Positions 8,256 to 18,815 of a stretch of 64,000 bases of DNA are shown here, piece after piece. Under the pieces are notes generated by a model. That model searched no databases, had not been told where the DNA came from, and was given only the letters and a program-made list of their open reading frames with translations. The translations under genes and the position numbers were made by a program. Position 1 is the first letter of the stretch. Every line of letters starts with the position of its first letter. The DNA is from an uncultured Rhodopirellula sp. Its GTDB lineage: Bacteria; Planctomycetota; Planctomycetia; Pirellulales; Pirellulaceae. The stretch spans positions 1 through 64,000 of the forward strand of contig CAXGAI010000009.1 of the NCBI GenBank assembly GCA_964007735.1. Direction: 5' to 3'.

Positions 8256-10835
8256 ATGTACGAACGCTTTACAGACCGGGCACGTAAGGTTATGCAGCTT
8301 GCAAACCAAGAAGCTCAACGATTCAATCATGAGTACATTGGAACAGAGCATGTCCTTTTAGGGCTGGTTAAAGAAGGTAGTGGCGTTGCTGCAAACGTTT
8401 TAAAGAATCTGGATGTGGACCTTCGCAAGATCCGCCTCGAGGTTGAAAAGCTTGTTCAAAGCGGACCCGAGATGGTAACCATGGGCAAATTGCCTCAAAC
8501 TCCGCGAGCCAAAAAGGTCATCGAATACTCGATGGAAGAAGCTCGTAATCTGAACCACAACTATGTTGGTACTGAGCACATTCTATTGGGCCTACTACGT
8601 GAACAAGAGGGCGTGGCCGCTCAGGTGTTAATGAATCTTGGGCTTAAACTTGAAGAAGTTCGCGAAGAAGTACTGAATCTTTTGGGGCACGGGCTCGACA
8701 GCGAAGAAGGCGAGGAACGCTCACGCAGCGATTCCGGCTCGTCGGATTCAAGCAGCAAAGGTTCGAAGTCCAAAACACCGGCACTTGATAGTTTTGGACG
8801 CGACCTCACCGCACTGGCAAAAAATAAAAAACTTGATCCGGTCATCGGCCGTGCTAAGGAAATCGAACGTGCCATTCAGGTTCTTTGCCGGCGCACAAAA
8901 AACAATCCCGTACTGCTGGGTGAAGCGGGGGTTGGTAAAACGGCAATTATCGAGGGTTTCGCTCAACGTGTTATTGATGGCGATGTACCTGATCTGTTAA
9001 TGGAAAAGCGAATTGTCGTGCTCGACCTGGCGATGATGGTAGCTGGTACCAAGTACCGAGGACAATTTGAAGAGCGTATTAAAGCTGTCATGAATGAAGT
9101 CCGTCGTGCCAAAAACACGATCCTCTTCATTGACGAATTACACACGTTAGTTGGTGCCGGTGGTGCCGAAGGGGCAATCGATGCTGCTAACGTCCTGAAG
9201 CCGGCTTTGGCTCGTGGAGAAATCCAATGCATTGGTGCCACGACTCTCGACGAATACCGTAAGTACATTGAGAAAGATAACGCCCTCGCCAGACGTTTTC
9301 AGGAAATTATTGTTAATCCGACGAACAAGGAGGAAACCATTGAAATCCTGAAAGGATTGCGAGAGCGATACGAAGAGCATCACCGTGTAAAGATCACAGA
9401 TGAAGCTCTGAAAGCGGCTGTTGAAATGTCGGAACGGTACATCACAGCCCGCTGTCTGCCCGACAAAGCGATTGACGTGATCGACGAATCAGGGGCTCGT
9501 ATTCGACTGAAAACAATGACTCGCCCACCAAACCTGAAAGAAATCGACGAACAGGTTGAGCAACTCAACGATGAGAAAGAGGAAGCGGTCGCCAATCAGG
9601 ACTTTGAGAAGGCCGCTTCACTGCGAGACAAGGCGGATAAGCTGCGTAAAAAGAAAGAAACCATCACACAGGAATGGAGAGAAAAGTCCAAAGAAACCCT
9701 GGGGACTGTTGATGAAGAAGTCATCGCCGAGGTCGTCTCTAAGATGACCGGCATTCCTCTTACCCGAGTTTCCACGGAAGATGGCGAACGTCTGATGCAA
9801 ATGGAAGATGAATTGCATGAACGTGTTATCAGCCAGGACGCTGCGGTTACTGCGATCTCCAAAGCTGTACGTCGTAGTCGCAGCGGTTTGAAGGATCCTC
9901 GCCGACCTACAGGATGTTTTATCTTCGCGGGGCCTACCGGTGTTGGTAAGACATTGCTGGCCAAAGCACTGGCCGAATACATGTTCGGTGATTCCGATGC
10001 TTTGATTCATATCGATATGAGTGAATACATGGAGAAGCATAATGTCAGTCGACTGATTGGTGCCCCTCCAGGCTATGTTGGATTTGAAGAAGGTGGACAG
10101 TTGACTGAAAAAATCCGTCGACGTCCATACGCTGTTGTCCTTCTCGACGAAATCGAAAAGGCTCATCCTGATGTGTTCAACATGTTACTGCAGGTAATGG
10201 AAGAAGGACGCCTGACTGATAGTTTTGGAAGAAATGTAGATTTCCGGAATGTGATTCTGATTCTGACAACCAATGCGGGGGCAGAAGCCATTAAAAATGA
10301 ATCATCTTTTGGCTTTCAGGCTCCCGACAATGACGCTTCCTATGAGGCTATGAAGAAACGCGTGATGGAGCAGATCGAGCGAGTCTTCCGGCCGGAATTC
10401 CTCAATCGCCTCGATGACACGATTATCTTCCGCCACCTGGATGTCAGTGATCTGAAAGAGATCGTCGATCTGGAATTGGCCAAAGTTCGTGAACGCCTCT
10501 CCGATCTGGAAATGGTTCTGGAACTGACCGATGACGCACGGGAATTCATCGTCAATGCTGGCTCAAACACTGACTATGGCGCTCGGCCGCTACGACGTGC
10601 TATCGAGGGGCTGATTGAAGACCCTCTTTCGGAAGAATTACTCAAGGGTGAATTCGCCGGAAAGAACAAAATCTTGGTGGATGCCAAATGGGATAGCGAC
10701 CACGAACGGATTGAACGACTCGATTTCAAAGGCGAATTCTGTAAAAAGATTGCCAAGGAACAGGAAAAAGTCGTTGCAACGGTAGCCTCAGGTGCAAGCG
10801 ACGACAACTCGGAAGAAGAGCCGGAAGAAGAATAA
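8256..10835 (+). CDS. clpC: ATP-dependent Clp protease ATP-binding subunit ClpC
   Basis: MYERFT start, two Clp-N repeats, Walker A motifs GEAGVGKT and [11 protein letters not shown] coil and AGGAG RBS. Confidence 0.95.
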   Translation: MYERFTDRARKVMQLANQEAQRFNHEYIGTEHVLLGLVKEGSGVAANVLKNLDVDLRKIRLEVEKLVQSGPEMVTMGKLPQTPRAKKVIEYSMEEARNLNHNYVGTEHILLGLLREQEGVAAQVLMNLGLKLEEVREEVLNLLGHGLDSEEGEERSRSDSGSSDSSSKGSKSKTPALDSFGRDLTALAKNKKLDPVIGRAKEIERAIQVLCRRTKNNPVLLGEAGVGKTAIIEGFAQRVIDGDVPDLLMEKRIVVLDLAMMVAGTKYRGQFEERIKAVMNEVRRAKNTILFIDELHTLVGAGGAEGAIDAANVLKPALARGEIQCIGATTLDEYRKYIEKDNALARRFQEIIVNPTNKEETIEILKGLRERYEEHHRVKITDEALKAAVEMSERYITARCLPDKAIDVIDESGARIRLKTMTRPPNLKEIDEQVEQLNDEKEEAVANQDFEKAASLRDKADKLRKKKETITQEWREKSKETLGTVDEEVIAEVVSKMTGIPLTRVSTEDGERLMQMEDELHERVISQDAAVTAISKAVRRSRSGLKDPRRPTGCFIFAGPTGVGKTLLAKALAEYMFGDSDALIHIDMSEYMEKHNVSRLIGAPPGYVGFEEGGQLTEKIRRRPYAVVLLDEIEKAHPDVFNMLLQVMEEGRLTDSFGRNVDFRNVILILTTNAGAEAIKNESSFGFQAPDNDASYEAMKKRVMEQIERVFRPEFLNRLDDTIIFRHLDVSDLKEIVDLELAKVRERLSDLEMVLELTDDAREFIVNAGSNTDYGARPLRRAIEGLIEDPLSEELLKGEFAGKNKILVDAKWDSDHERIERLDFKGEFCKKIAKEQEKVVATVASGASDDNSEEEPEEE

Positions 10836-10993
10836 GCCGACCTTAGCGAAGACGACTCATAGGTCCTTAAATTCGTTAAATACGGAATTCTTTCCTTAAG
10901 TTCTCTATCTTAACTATCCGAAGTCAATAAAAGGTTCTGTGTCTGGTGCTGCGCACACTGATCACAGAAGTTTTTACTCCTTGGACAGAGAAG

Positions 10994-11860
10994 ATGGCAT
11001 CAATTCCAGACTTACAGAAGACACGTAAAAACGTTGAGGTAGCTCATACACCCTCGTTTCTTACATCTGTTTTCCAACGATTGGACAGAGTCACATTCGT
11101 CATTGGCGACCTCACCTTGTTTGTATTCCAAATCATTGCCTGGGGCTGCAGACTGAAATTACGACAAGGAACATTTGTCAAAGCAGCCTATCAAATAGGT
11201 GTACTTAGTTTGCCCGTCGTGGGTTTAACGGGCATGTTCATCGGAATGGTCTTGGCAGTTCAAAGTTTCTTCCAATTCAGCCAAATCGGAATGGAGAGCC
11301 GGATGGGCGCCGTGATCAACCTTACCCTCGTACGTGAACTTGGGCCTGTCCTGGCTGCAACGATGCTGGCAGGCCGAGTCGGCAGTGCGATGGCTGCAGA
11401 ACTGGGAACCATGCGAGTGACCGAGCAGATTGACGCTCTGAAAAGCATGGGGGTTAACCCAATTCACTTTTTGGTTGTACCCCGTGTATTCGCTGCATTG
11501 CTGCTTATTCCGGTCCTCACGCTGATGGCTGATTTCATGGGTATCGTTGGAGGTTTTGCCTATAGTCATTACATATTGCATATCGATGCTCATCAGTACT
11601 TTGATTTTTCCCGTCAGTACGTCACGGGATTTGACTTGTTGGCTGGTATTATCAAGAGTCTCTTTTTCGGTGGCTGTATTGCGGTTGTCAGTTGTTACTT
11701 TGGCTTTCATAGTAATCGAGGTGCTCAGGGGGTTGGCAACGCAGCAACTGCGGCCTTCGTGACCAGTTTCGTTTTAATCCTGGTGATGGATCTGTTTGTA
11801 GGCATTAGCCTCGACAAGCTTTATTATTACTTCAATCCAGCAGGAGCTTCATTGTTCTAA
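10994..11860 (+). CDS. mlaE: MlaE-family ABC permease
   Basis: RELGPVLAA...GRVGSAMAAELGTMRVTEQIDAL motif. Alternative start at 10946. Confidence 0.9.
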   Translation: MASIPDLQKTRKNVEVAHTPSFLTSVFQRLDRVTFVIGDLTLFVFQIIAWGCRLKLRQGTFVKAAYQIGVLSLPVVGLTGMFIGMVLAVQSFFQFSQIGMESRMGAVINLTLVRELGPVLAATMLAGRVGSAMAAELGTMRVTEQIDALKSMGVNPIHFLVVPRVFAALLLIPVLTLMADFMGIVGGFAYSHYILHIDAHQYFDFSRQYVTGFDLLAGIIKSLFFGGCIAVVSCYFGFHSNRGAQGVGNAATAAFVTSFVLILVMDLFVGISLDKLYYYFNPAGASLF

Positions 11861-12714
11861 TGGCAACCGCTCCTGACACAATTAGTAACACCGACCACAC
11901 GTTTTCCCAAAATCTGGTGGAAACGCAAAAGCTCAATATGCGCTTTGGGGACAAGCAAATCTTAAGAGATCTCACCGTGTCCATACGTCATGGTCAAACA
12001 GTCGCAATCATTGGAGAAAGTGGTTGTGGTAAGACCGTCTTTCTTAAAACCTTAGTCGGATTATTAAAACCGACATCAGGGTTTGTCTTATTTGACCAAC
12101 AGGACTTGGGGGTCCTCAGTGAACCGGAATTATCAAGGCTACGGAGTCGAACTGGATTTGTCTTCCAGAATTCGGCGTTGTTCGACAGTCTAACGGTCGC
12201 CGAAAATATTGCTTTTCCACTGCTGCACTCGTCATCTGATTCAACCAGAACCAAACTATCGATCGACGATCAGTTTCAGTTAGTAAAACAGGCGCTGCGA
12301 GAAGTTGGTATGGCGGAAACAACACTGAAACAACATCCAGCCGACTTATCCGGTGGAATGAGGAAGCGAGTTGGACTTGCACGCGCACTGATTCTGCAAC
12401 CGGAATTAGTACTTTATGACGAACCAACCACCGGACTCGACCCGATCGTCAGCGACATCATTAATGAGTTGATTATGCGAAGTCGGCTTAAACATCGTGT
12501 CACTAGCATTTTGGTAACACATGACATGAAGACCGCGCGTAAAGTCGCCGATCGTATACTCATGCTCTATCCAATCCATCGTCTGAATGAGTATGAATCA
12601 CAAATCCTCTTTGATGGCCCGCCGAGCGAAATTGAGCATTGCACTGACCCACGTGTACAACAATTCATTCAAGGAGAAGCAGGTAGCAGACTGCGTGAAT
12701 TAGATATTGTTTAA
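11860..12714 (+). CDS. mlaF: MlaF-family ABC ATPase
   Basis: GESGCGKT, FQNSALFDSL, LSGGMRKRV and YDEPTTGLDP motifs. Confidence 0.9.
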   Translation: MATAPDTISNTDHTFSQNLVETQKLNMRFGDKQILRDLTVSIRHGQTVAIIGESGCGKTVFLKTLVGLLKPTSGFVLFDQQDLGVLSEPELSRLRSRTGFVFQNSALFDSLTVAENIAFPLLHSSSDSTRTKLSIDDQFQLVKQALREVGMAETTLKQHPADLSGGMRKRVGLARALILQPELVLYDEPTTGLDPIVSDIINELIMRSRLKHRVTSILVTHDMKTARKVADRILMLYPIHRLNEYESQILFDGPPSEIEHCTDPRVQQFIQGEAGSRLRELDIV

Positions 12715-12745
12715 TACACGCCGATACTGACTTGAAACCAATACC

Positions 12746-13945
12746 ATGAATGACCACAAACTAAAACGACGCCTTGGTGCAGTGATGATACTTGCCTGCA
12801 TGATCACTTTAGCTCTACTGGTAATGTTCGAAGCCTTTCCCAATCTGCGAACCGCAGGTTACGAGATCATGGTCCAGTTTCCTTCCGCTCCTGGAGTACG
12901 GGAAAGTACGACCGTACGTAAAAGTGGTGTCGAAATCGGACGCGTCACGGATGTTGAATTGAAACCCGATGGCGGAGTCATTCTGACGATAGCGGTGGAT
13001 CAAGGTGTGGTAATTCGAAATCATGAGTCCTGCCGGATCAAAATGGGATCACTACTCACCGGGGCTGCCATTCTGGAATTCGTCTCTAAACCTGCTGACT
13101 TACTTCTGACAGAATTTGATAAAGATGGTGATGGCTTATTGGATGACCAGGAAAAGGCACAAAGCTTGGAACCAATCACGGCTGGTTCCATGATTAGTAA
13201 CGGACTTGTCTTGGATGATCCACTGACTGTATTGGTAAACATGCAGCAGAATATGTCCGAAACGTTCGGTTCAATTCAGGGAGCCGGGACAGGAGTGGAA
13301 GGAGCTGCCAGTGAATTCAAGACGTTGATGTCTAATCTTAATCAGTCATTTACCGAACGTGAAGCGGAATTGCAACAAGCGGTTGCTCAAACCAACACGG
13401 CCATGCAGAAATTCGAAGCCGCCATGGACTCTCTCAACACAATTGTTGGTGACGAGGAAACACAACGAAAGCTAAAAGAATCGGTAAACGAGATACCCGT
13501 GGTACTGCGTCAGGCAACAGTCACTCTGGCATCCGCTCAGCAAACCATGAAGTATTTTGAAACCGTTGGCAAGAAGGCCGAGACCAATCTGAATAATCTG
13601 GAGAAATTCACGCGCCCCCTTGGCGAACGTGGGGAGATGTTAGTCGAATCCATCACGTTAAGTGTCGAGAACTTTGATAGTACGGTCAGCCAGATGAACG
13701 AATTAGTAACAACACTCAATAATGCGGAAGGTAGTCTGCATAAAATTGTGCATGACGATGAGCTTTACTACAGCATCAAAAGAACAACCACAAACATCGA
13801 AGAAGCTACAAAGCGGATGCGACCAATTCTCAACGATTTGCGGGTCTTTTCAGATAAGATCGCAACAGACCCACGCCAATTAGGTGTTAGCGGTATGTTA
13901 GATCGGCGACCAGTCGGTGCTGGCGTGAAATCACCGCTGTGGTAA
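12746..13945 (+). CDS. mlaD: MlaD/MCE-domain protein with long helical tail
   Basis: N-terminal TM, MCE motif (APGV...VRKSGVEIGRV) and coiled-coil C-terminus; follows mlaEF. Confidence 0.85.
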   Translation: MNDHKLKRRLGAVMILACMITLALLVMFEAFPNLRTAGYEIMVQFPSAPGVRESTTVRKSGVEIGRVTDVELKPDGGVILTIAVDQGVVIRNHESCRIKMGSLLTGAAILEFVSKPADLLLTEFDKDGDGLLDDQEKAQSLEPITAGSMISNGLVLDDPLTVLVNMQQNMSETFGSIQGAGTGVEGAASEFKTLMSNLNQSFTEREAELQQAVAQTNTAMQKFEAAMDSLNTIVGDEETQRKLKESVNEIPVVLRQATVTLASAQQTMKYFETVGKKAETNLNNLEKFTRPLGERGEMLVESITLSVENFDSTVSQMNELVTTLNNAEGSLHKIVHDDELYYSIKRTTTNIEEATKRMRPILNDLRVFSDKIATDPRQLGVSGMLDRRPVGAGVKSPLW

Positions 13946-14494
13946 TCGCGCCGGCTGCCGTTGTGACAGAGGTAGCAGAGCAGGTCTGCGACCATTTGCG
14001 GGAATACCAGCCGGATTCATCGGAATGTTTGGATAGGATTGTCGTAGCGATCTTGGCTGTGCTCCTGAAGGAGCAACGACCCCCTGGCGAGCACGCTGTT
14101 TCAACTCCTGCCCTCGTTTAATCAACTCTGCTGTTGTACGAATCCGCAAAGGAACAAGTTTGAACTGCAACAACCGTTCATCTCGGAATTCGCGTGAAAT
14201 TAGGTTCTCCGTAACAAAATCGATCCCCGGAATCTGATACCAAGGAGGTTTTATCTCGCGTAGAACTGTGATGGTTTCGTATCCATCTTTCACAATCTGA
14301 ATTTTACGAGCGCCATAATAAGTGAACGATGTGGAAACAGGTGTTACCCCGATTTCCTGATCGTCAATATAAACTAATGCTCCGGGGGGCGAAGTTTTAA
14401 TCGTAATGCGCCGTCGTACTGCAGCATTGACTGGCTGACAGAGTACCAATCCGGTCGCCAACAAGAGCATTAACAAGATTGAATTACGAAACAT
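13931..14494 (-). CDS. PEGA-domain exported protein
   Basis: Signal peptide followed by TSPPGALVYIDDQEIGVTP...KDGYET. Confidence 0.82.
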   Translation of the reverse strand: MFRNSILLMLLLATGLVLCQPVNAAVRRRITIKTSPPGALVYIDDQEIGVTPVSTSFTYYGARKIQIVKDGYETITVLREIKPPWYQIPGIDFVTENLISREFRDERLLQFKLVPLRIRTTAELIKRGQELKQRARQGVVAPSGAQPRSLRQSYPNIPMNPAGIPANGRRPALLPLSQRQPARLPQR

Positions 14495-14669
14495 CTTACT
14501 CTCCCTGAAAAGAATTCGGGTGGAAAGTGTAGCAATTACCAGTTTTGTAGTCACTAGCAATCACCAACTAAACGCTTTTTCCAAGCTTCGCAGTGCGCCT
14601 TAGCCGAAATACGTTGTATAGTTTATTATTAAATATAAATATTAATGTCCCACCACTGGCCTAAACTGC

Positions 14670-15920
14670 ATGGTTAAGCACGACCACAATTGGAATGACA
14701 CCTTAACGGTTGTTGAGGTAACAGATAAAGGCATGCGTCGAGCTACCAATCAAGATAGCTCCGTTGTTGTCCTTCAAAGTGAGGAGGATGCTTATCATCA
14801 CCGGGGGCATTTATTTGTAGTTTGTGATGGAATGGGGGCCCACGCCGCGGGCGAACTGGCCAGCCGTGATGCTGTGGAGCACATTCCTCATCACTATCTG
14901 GTCTACCAGGATCTGTCTCCGCCGGAAGCTCTAGAAAAAGCCATTATCAAAGCAAATACAGAGATCCGTCGCAAGGGTGAGGAAAATCCTGATTTCCATA
15001 ATATGGGTACAACCTGCAGTTCTATCCTGCTGTTACCTCAGGGAATTATTTGTGGGCATGTTGGTGATAGTCGCGTTTACCGCCAACGTGGCAAGATCAT
15101 TGAGCAGCTAACGTTTGATCATAGCCTGCAGTGGGAATTGAAAGCTAAAGGGGGCGACGTAGAAAATGTCCCTTCCAATGTGATTACTCGGTCGCTTGGG
15201 CCTAATAAGGAGGTCGAAGTCGACTTAGAAGGCCCGTTCCCCACTCAGGATGGTGACTGCTACCTAATCTGCAGTGACGGACTCAGTGGTGAAGTCAGCG
15301 ACGCTGAAATTGGTGCGGCCATGGCACTCCTTGCTCCAGAGCAAGCAGCGCAGTTTTTGCTGGATCTGGCTAATCTTCGTGGTGGCCCTGACAATATCAC
15401 GATCATCATTGTGAAAATACACGGTGAAACATACGTAACCAACCAGCAGGAAACCAAGCCATTAGTGATCGGCAAAACGACGGAGCCTGCCAAGCCTTTA
15501 CACCCGGCTGTCCTCGTGACAAGTATTGTTTTCGGACTCGCAGGCCTCTTATTGTTTACGATGCAGCCAATAATCGGCATTGGAATATTAGCAGCAGGGA
15601 TCGCAACAGTATTAGTTGGTTTTGCCTTGGGGCGAGCAGGGATTGAATCAGGTGAAACTCTGGACCCCGAATTTAGATTTGGCGCTGGGCCTCACACACA
15701 ATATGACTGTATCCCCAACCAGCAGATCATGCAGTCGCTGGGGCAAACTGCCAATGAAATCCGAAAACTAGCGCAGCGACACCCCAATAAGTTCAATTGG
15801 GCTCCGTTTGATGAAGCATTTGTTGAAAGTACGGAGCAACTACAGAATGGCCAATTTACCGAGTCCTTCGGAAATATGGCCAAAGCCATCACTTACATCA
15901 TGAGTGAATTCCGTAAGTAA
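14670..15920 (+). CDS. PP2C-family Ser/Thr phosphatase with C-terminal TM hairpin
   Basis: RxxNQD, CDGMGAH, MGTT, HVGDSR, CSDGL and DNIT motifs, followed by two TM helices. Confidence 0.9.
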   Translation: MVKHDHNWNDTLTVVEVTDKGMRRATNQDSSVVVLQSEEDAYHHRGHLFVVCDGMGAHAAGELASRDAVEHIPHHYLVYQDLSPPEALEKAIIKANTEIRRKGEENPDFHNMGTTCSSILLLPQGIICGHVGDSRVYRQRGKIIEQLTFDHSLQWELKAKGGDVENVPSNVITRSLGPNKEVEVDLEGPFPTQDGDCYLICSDGLSGEVSDAEIGAAMALLAPEQAAQFLLDLANLRGGPDNITIIIVKIHGETYVTNQQETKPLVIGKTTEPAKPLHPAVLVTSIVFGLAGLLLFTMQPIIGIGILAAGIATVLVGFALGRAGIESGETLDPEFRFGAGPHTQYDCIPNQQIMQSLGQTANEIRKLAQRHPNKFNWAPFDEAFVESTEQLQNGQFTESFGNMAKAITYIMSEFRK

Positions 15921-16016
15921 CGGAGGCTGGAACGAGGATCAACATTTCCTCAGTTTTGAGAAAATGGTAGAGTTCCGATAAGTTTTGTAACTTTTACAAA
16001 TCATCGGAGATTCTTT

Positions 16017-17204
16017 TTGGGACTCATTTCACGGTATATCGGCTGGGAGCTGATTAAAGCATTTTTGATGACACTAATGGGATTAACAATCCTATTGCTG
16101 ATCATTCTGCTCACCCAACGAGCCATTCAGGAGGGTCTGGGACCGGTTCCGGTGCTGCGTCTGATTCCGTATTTACTTCCCGATGTATTCCGCATGGCAA
16201 TTCCTGCCACAATGCTTCTGGCAACGTGTCTGGTCTACGGCCGGATGTCGGGTGCAAATGAAATCGTGGCCTTAAAAGCCAACGGAATCTCACCACTGGT
16301 AGCCATCTGGCCCGCCATTATTCTGTCGTTCGTCGTCTCTCTAATTGCAGTTTGGCTCAATGACGTCGCAGTTACCTGGGGACGCCGTGGAGTCGATCGG
16401 GTTGTGCTACAAAGCTTCGAAGATATTGCCTACGGTATGCTGAGAACTCAACGGGCTTTCTCAACGTCATCGCTCTCTATCCATGTCAAAGATGTCGAGG
16501 GAGAGACGCTTATTCGTCCTACCATCTCGCTACACAATAATGACGAATCGCCGCCGGTCACCCTGGTAGCCCAACGAGCTCATCTAAACCTTAACACCGA
16601 TAACAACCAGCTTAAAATCGTACTGCAAGACACCCAATTTGATATCGGTTCGGAATTCTTTGGAGAATGGCCCGAGCAATTCGAGTACGAATTACCATTA
16701 ACCTCCCTAGCAGGACAAAAGGGGGGCGGATATAGCCCATCCGACACAGCCCTAAGGGAAATTGCAACACGCATCTCAGATCAAAATATCACCATCAAAG
16801 AGCTTAAACAATCTCTCGCAGCCAAAGCGGGCCTACAGTTACTCACAGGTGATTTAATGGAGCTAACTGGCAGCAACTGGAAAAATAACTCTCAGGAACT
16901 ACGCAGTGCCCGCTTTGCCTTAAACCGATACGAGGCTGAGCCTTATCGCCGCTGGGCCAATGGGTTTTGCTGCCTAGCCTTCGTATTGATTGGAGCGACC
17001 TACGCCATTCGAAAACGAGTTGCTGACTTCTGGACATGTTTCGCCACTGTCTTTTTTCCCATCGTCATTCTTTACTATCCATTTTTCCAACTAGGAGTCA
17101 ATAAAGCCAAGATCGGAGAACTACCTCCTTACAGCGTTTGGATGGGAAATATTGTCTTCTTTCTCATTGGACTCTGGATGATTCGGAAACTGATTCGAAA
17201 GTAA
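16017..17204 (+). CDS. LptF/LptG-family LPS export permease
   Basis: RY..ELIKAF start and GRMSGANEIVALKANGIS motif; 3+3 TM segments flanking a periplasmic domain. Confidence 0.88.
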   Translation: MGLISRYIGWELIKAFLMTLMGLTILLLIILLTQRAIQEGLGPVPVLRLIPYLLPDVFRMAIPATMLLATCLVYGRMSGANEIVALKANGISPLVAIWPAIILSFVVSLIAVWLNDVAVTWGRRGVDRVVLQSFEDIAYGMLRTQRAFSTSSLSIHVKDVEGETLIRPTISLHNNDESPPVTLVAQRAHLNLNTDNNQLKIVLQDTQFDIGSEFFGEWPEQFEYELPLTSLAGQKGGGYSPSDTALREIATRISDQNITIKELKQSLAAKAGLQLLTGDLMELTGSNWKNNSQELRSARFALNRYEAEPYRRWANGFCCLAFVLIGATYAIRKRVADFWTCFATVFFPIVILYYPFFQLGVNKAKIGELPPYSVWMGNIVFFLIGLWMIRKLIRK

Positions 17205-17225
17205 GGTTTTAAAGAGGCCCACACA

Positions 17226-18815
17226 ATGAGATGGACAATTCGAAATAAGGTCATCGTCTGTCTGGGAATGCTGATGACTATTATCGGAACTCTGGCCTTT
17301 AGTGGTTTTCAGGGAGTCTATTCATACCGCCGTCTTGCTCGCAGTATCAGTAAACGTGCTGAAGAACTCCCTTTTTCCGAAAACCTTCGTAATCATACAG
17401 ATAATCTGCAAGCCGTTTTAGAAAGCTATAAGACAAATCCTAAAGAACGTCAGCAAAAGACGATTGATCAGATTTTTGAACACATGGCATTGCTGTCGAA
17501 AAGCATCGATGCTTACGAAAAGGAGTTGGATAATGCCGAAGATAGCGATCTGACGATCAATGATACTCAGCGTGAATTAGAGCTTGTTGAGGAGATTCGT
17601 GCTGAACTAGCAAATGTCCATAAAATGCTGGAGGTTCCCGATGCCTTAGGTTCGAAAGCCTCTTCGAATGCCATTCAGGGGTCGATGACACTACTGACCC
17701 AAAAATCCGACATGGTACCAAGGATCCTTCAACAGAGAATGGGATCTTTTGTAGATGAAGTACGTCTAGAGTACCGAACATGGATCGTCGTGACCTGGAT
17801 CACCACGATCACAGCCACTGCCCTACTCGTCCAGTTAATCCGACTTGGGCATGCCTGGATTCTAAAGCCATTCAATAAACTAATTTCCGGTAGTCGGCGG
17901 GTCGCATTGGGAGACCTCGAATTTCAAATCCAAACAGACACCGATGACGACATGGCCGAATTAGCTGACGCCATGAATAATATGACTCGCAACTTCCGGC
18001 TAATCCGTAACGACCTCGACGATCAGGTTCAAATCCGAACGAAGGAGGCCATTCGCAGCGAACAACTGGCAAGTGTTGGATTTCTGGCAGCTGGTGTATC
18101 TCATGAAATCAACAACCCTCTCGCCTCGATCGCTATGTGTGCTGAATCTTTGGAATCGCGAATTAGCGAATTGGCTAATTCGGTTGATGACGAATCTGAT
18201 TCGGACAACATGCAAGTAATTCGCAAATACCTCCAACGCATTCAACACGAAGCGTTTCGTTGTAAAGGCATTACAGAACGACTTCTAGACTTTTCTCGCA
18301 TCGGCGAAACACAACGTCAGCAAACGTCGATACAGCCGATTATTGAAGACACACTGGAACTCATCAAGCACGTCGGCAAGTACAAAGACAAATCAGTCAA
18401 GTTCGAATGTCAACGAGGCGACATTGTGGCTGTCGTCCATGCCCAGGAAATAAAACAAGTCATGCTCAACCTGATTACAAATGCCCTCGACAGTCTTGAT
18501 GATTCCGGGCTCGTTACAGTGAAACTCGACGGCAATGACAGTCAATGTCGTATTACGATCACCGATGACGGATGCGGTATGACTCCGGAAGTTTTACAAC
18601 AGCTGTTTCAGCCGTTCTTCACACGTCGGCGTGATGGACGAGGCACAGGACTAGGACTTTCTATTACTTATCGAATTGTAAGCGAGCATGGTGGAACCAT
18701 CTCAGCAACAAGCAACGGCCCTGATAAGGGCTCTCAATTCGTCGTTACACTTCCCGTTCACGAACTAAATCAGGAAAGCGATGTCCATGACGGCCAACAA
18801 AACCAAGTCGCCTAA
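17226..18815 (+). CDS. Membrane sensor histidine kinase (HAMP-HisKA-HATPase)
   Basis: SHEINNPL H-box, NLITNA N-box, DDGCG and GTGLGL boxes; two TM segments and HAMP. Confidence 0.93.
   Translation: MRWTIRNKVIVCLGMLMTIIGTLAFSGFQGVYSYRRLARSISKRAEELPFSENLRNHTDNLQAVLESYKTNPKERQQKTIDQIFEHMALLSKSIDAYEKELDNAEDSDLTINDTQRELELVEEIRAELANVHKMLEVPDALGSKASSNAIQGSMTLLTQKSDMVPRILQQRMGSFVDEVRLEYRTWIVVTWITTITATALLVQLIRLGHAWILKPFNKLISGSRRVALGDLEFQIQTDTDDDMAELADAMNNMTRNFRLIRNDLDDQVQIRTKEAIRSEQLASVGFLAAGVSHEINNPLASIAMCAESLESRISELANSVDDESDSDNMQVIRKYLQRIQHEAFRCKGITERLLDFSRIGETQRQQTSIQPIIEDTLELIKHVGKYKDKSVKFECQRGDIVAVVHAQEIKQVMLNLITNALDSLDDSGLVTVKLDGNDSQCRITITDDGCGMTPEVLQQLFQPFFTRRRDGRGTGLGLSITYRIVSEHGGTISATSNGPDKGSQFVVTLPVHELNQESDVHDGQQNQVA

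Noticed and set aside
8621..10807. Multiple antisense ORFs within clpC (up to 182 aa)
   Set aside because: Typical shadows of a codon-biased conserved gene, with no recognisable motifs.
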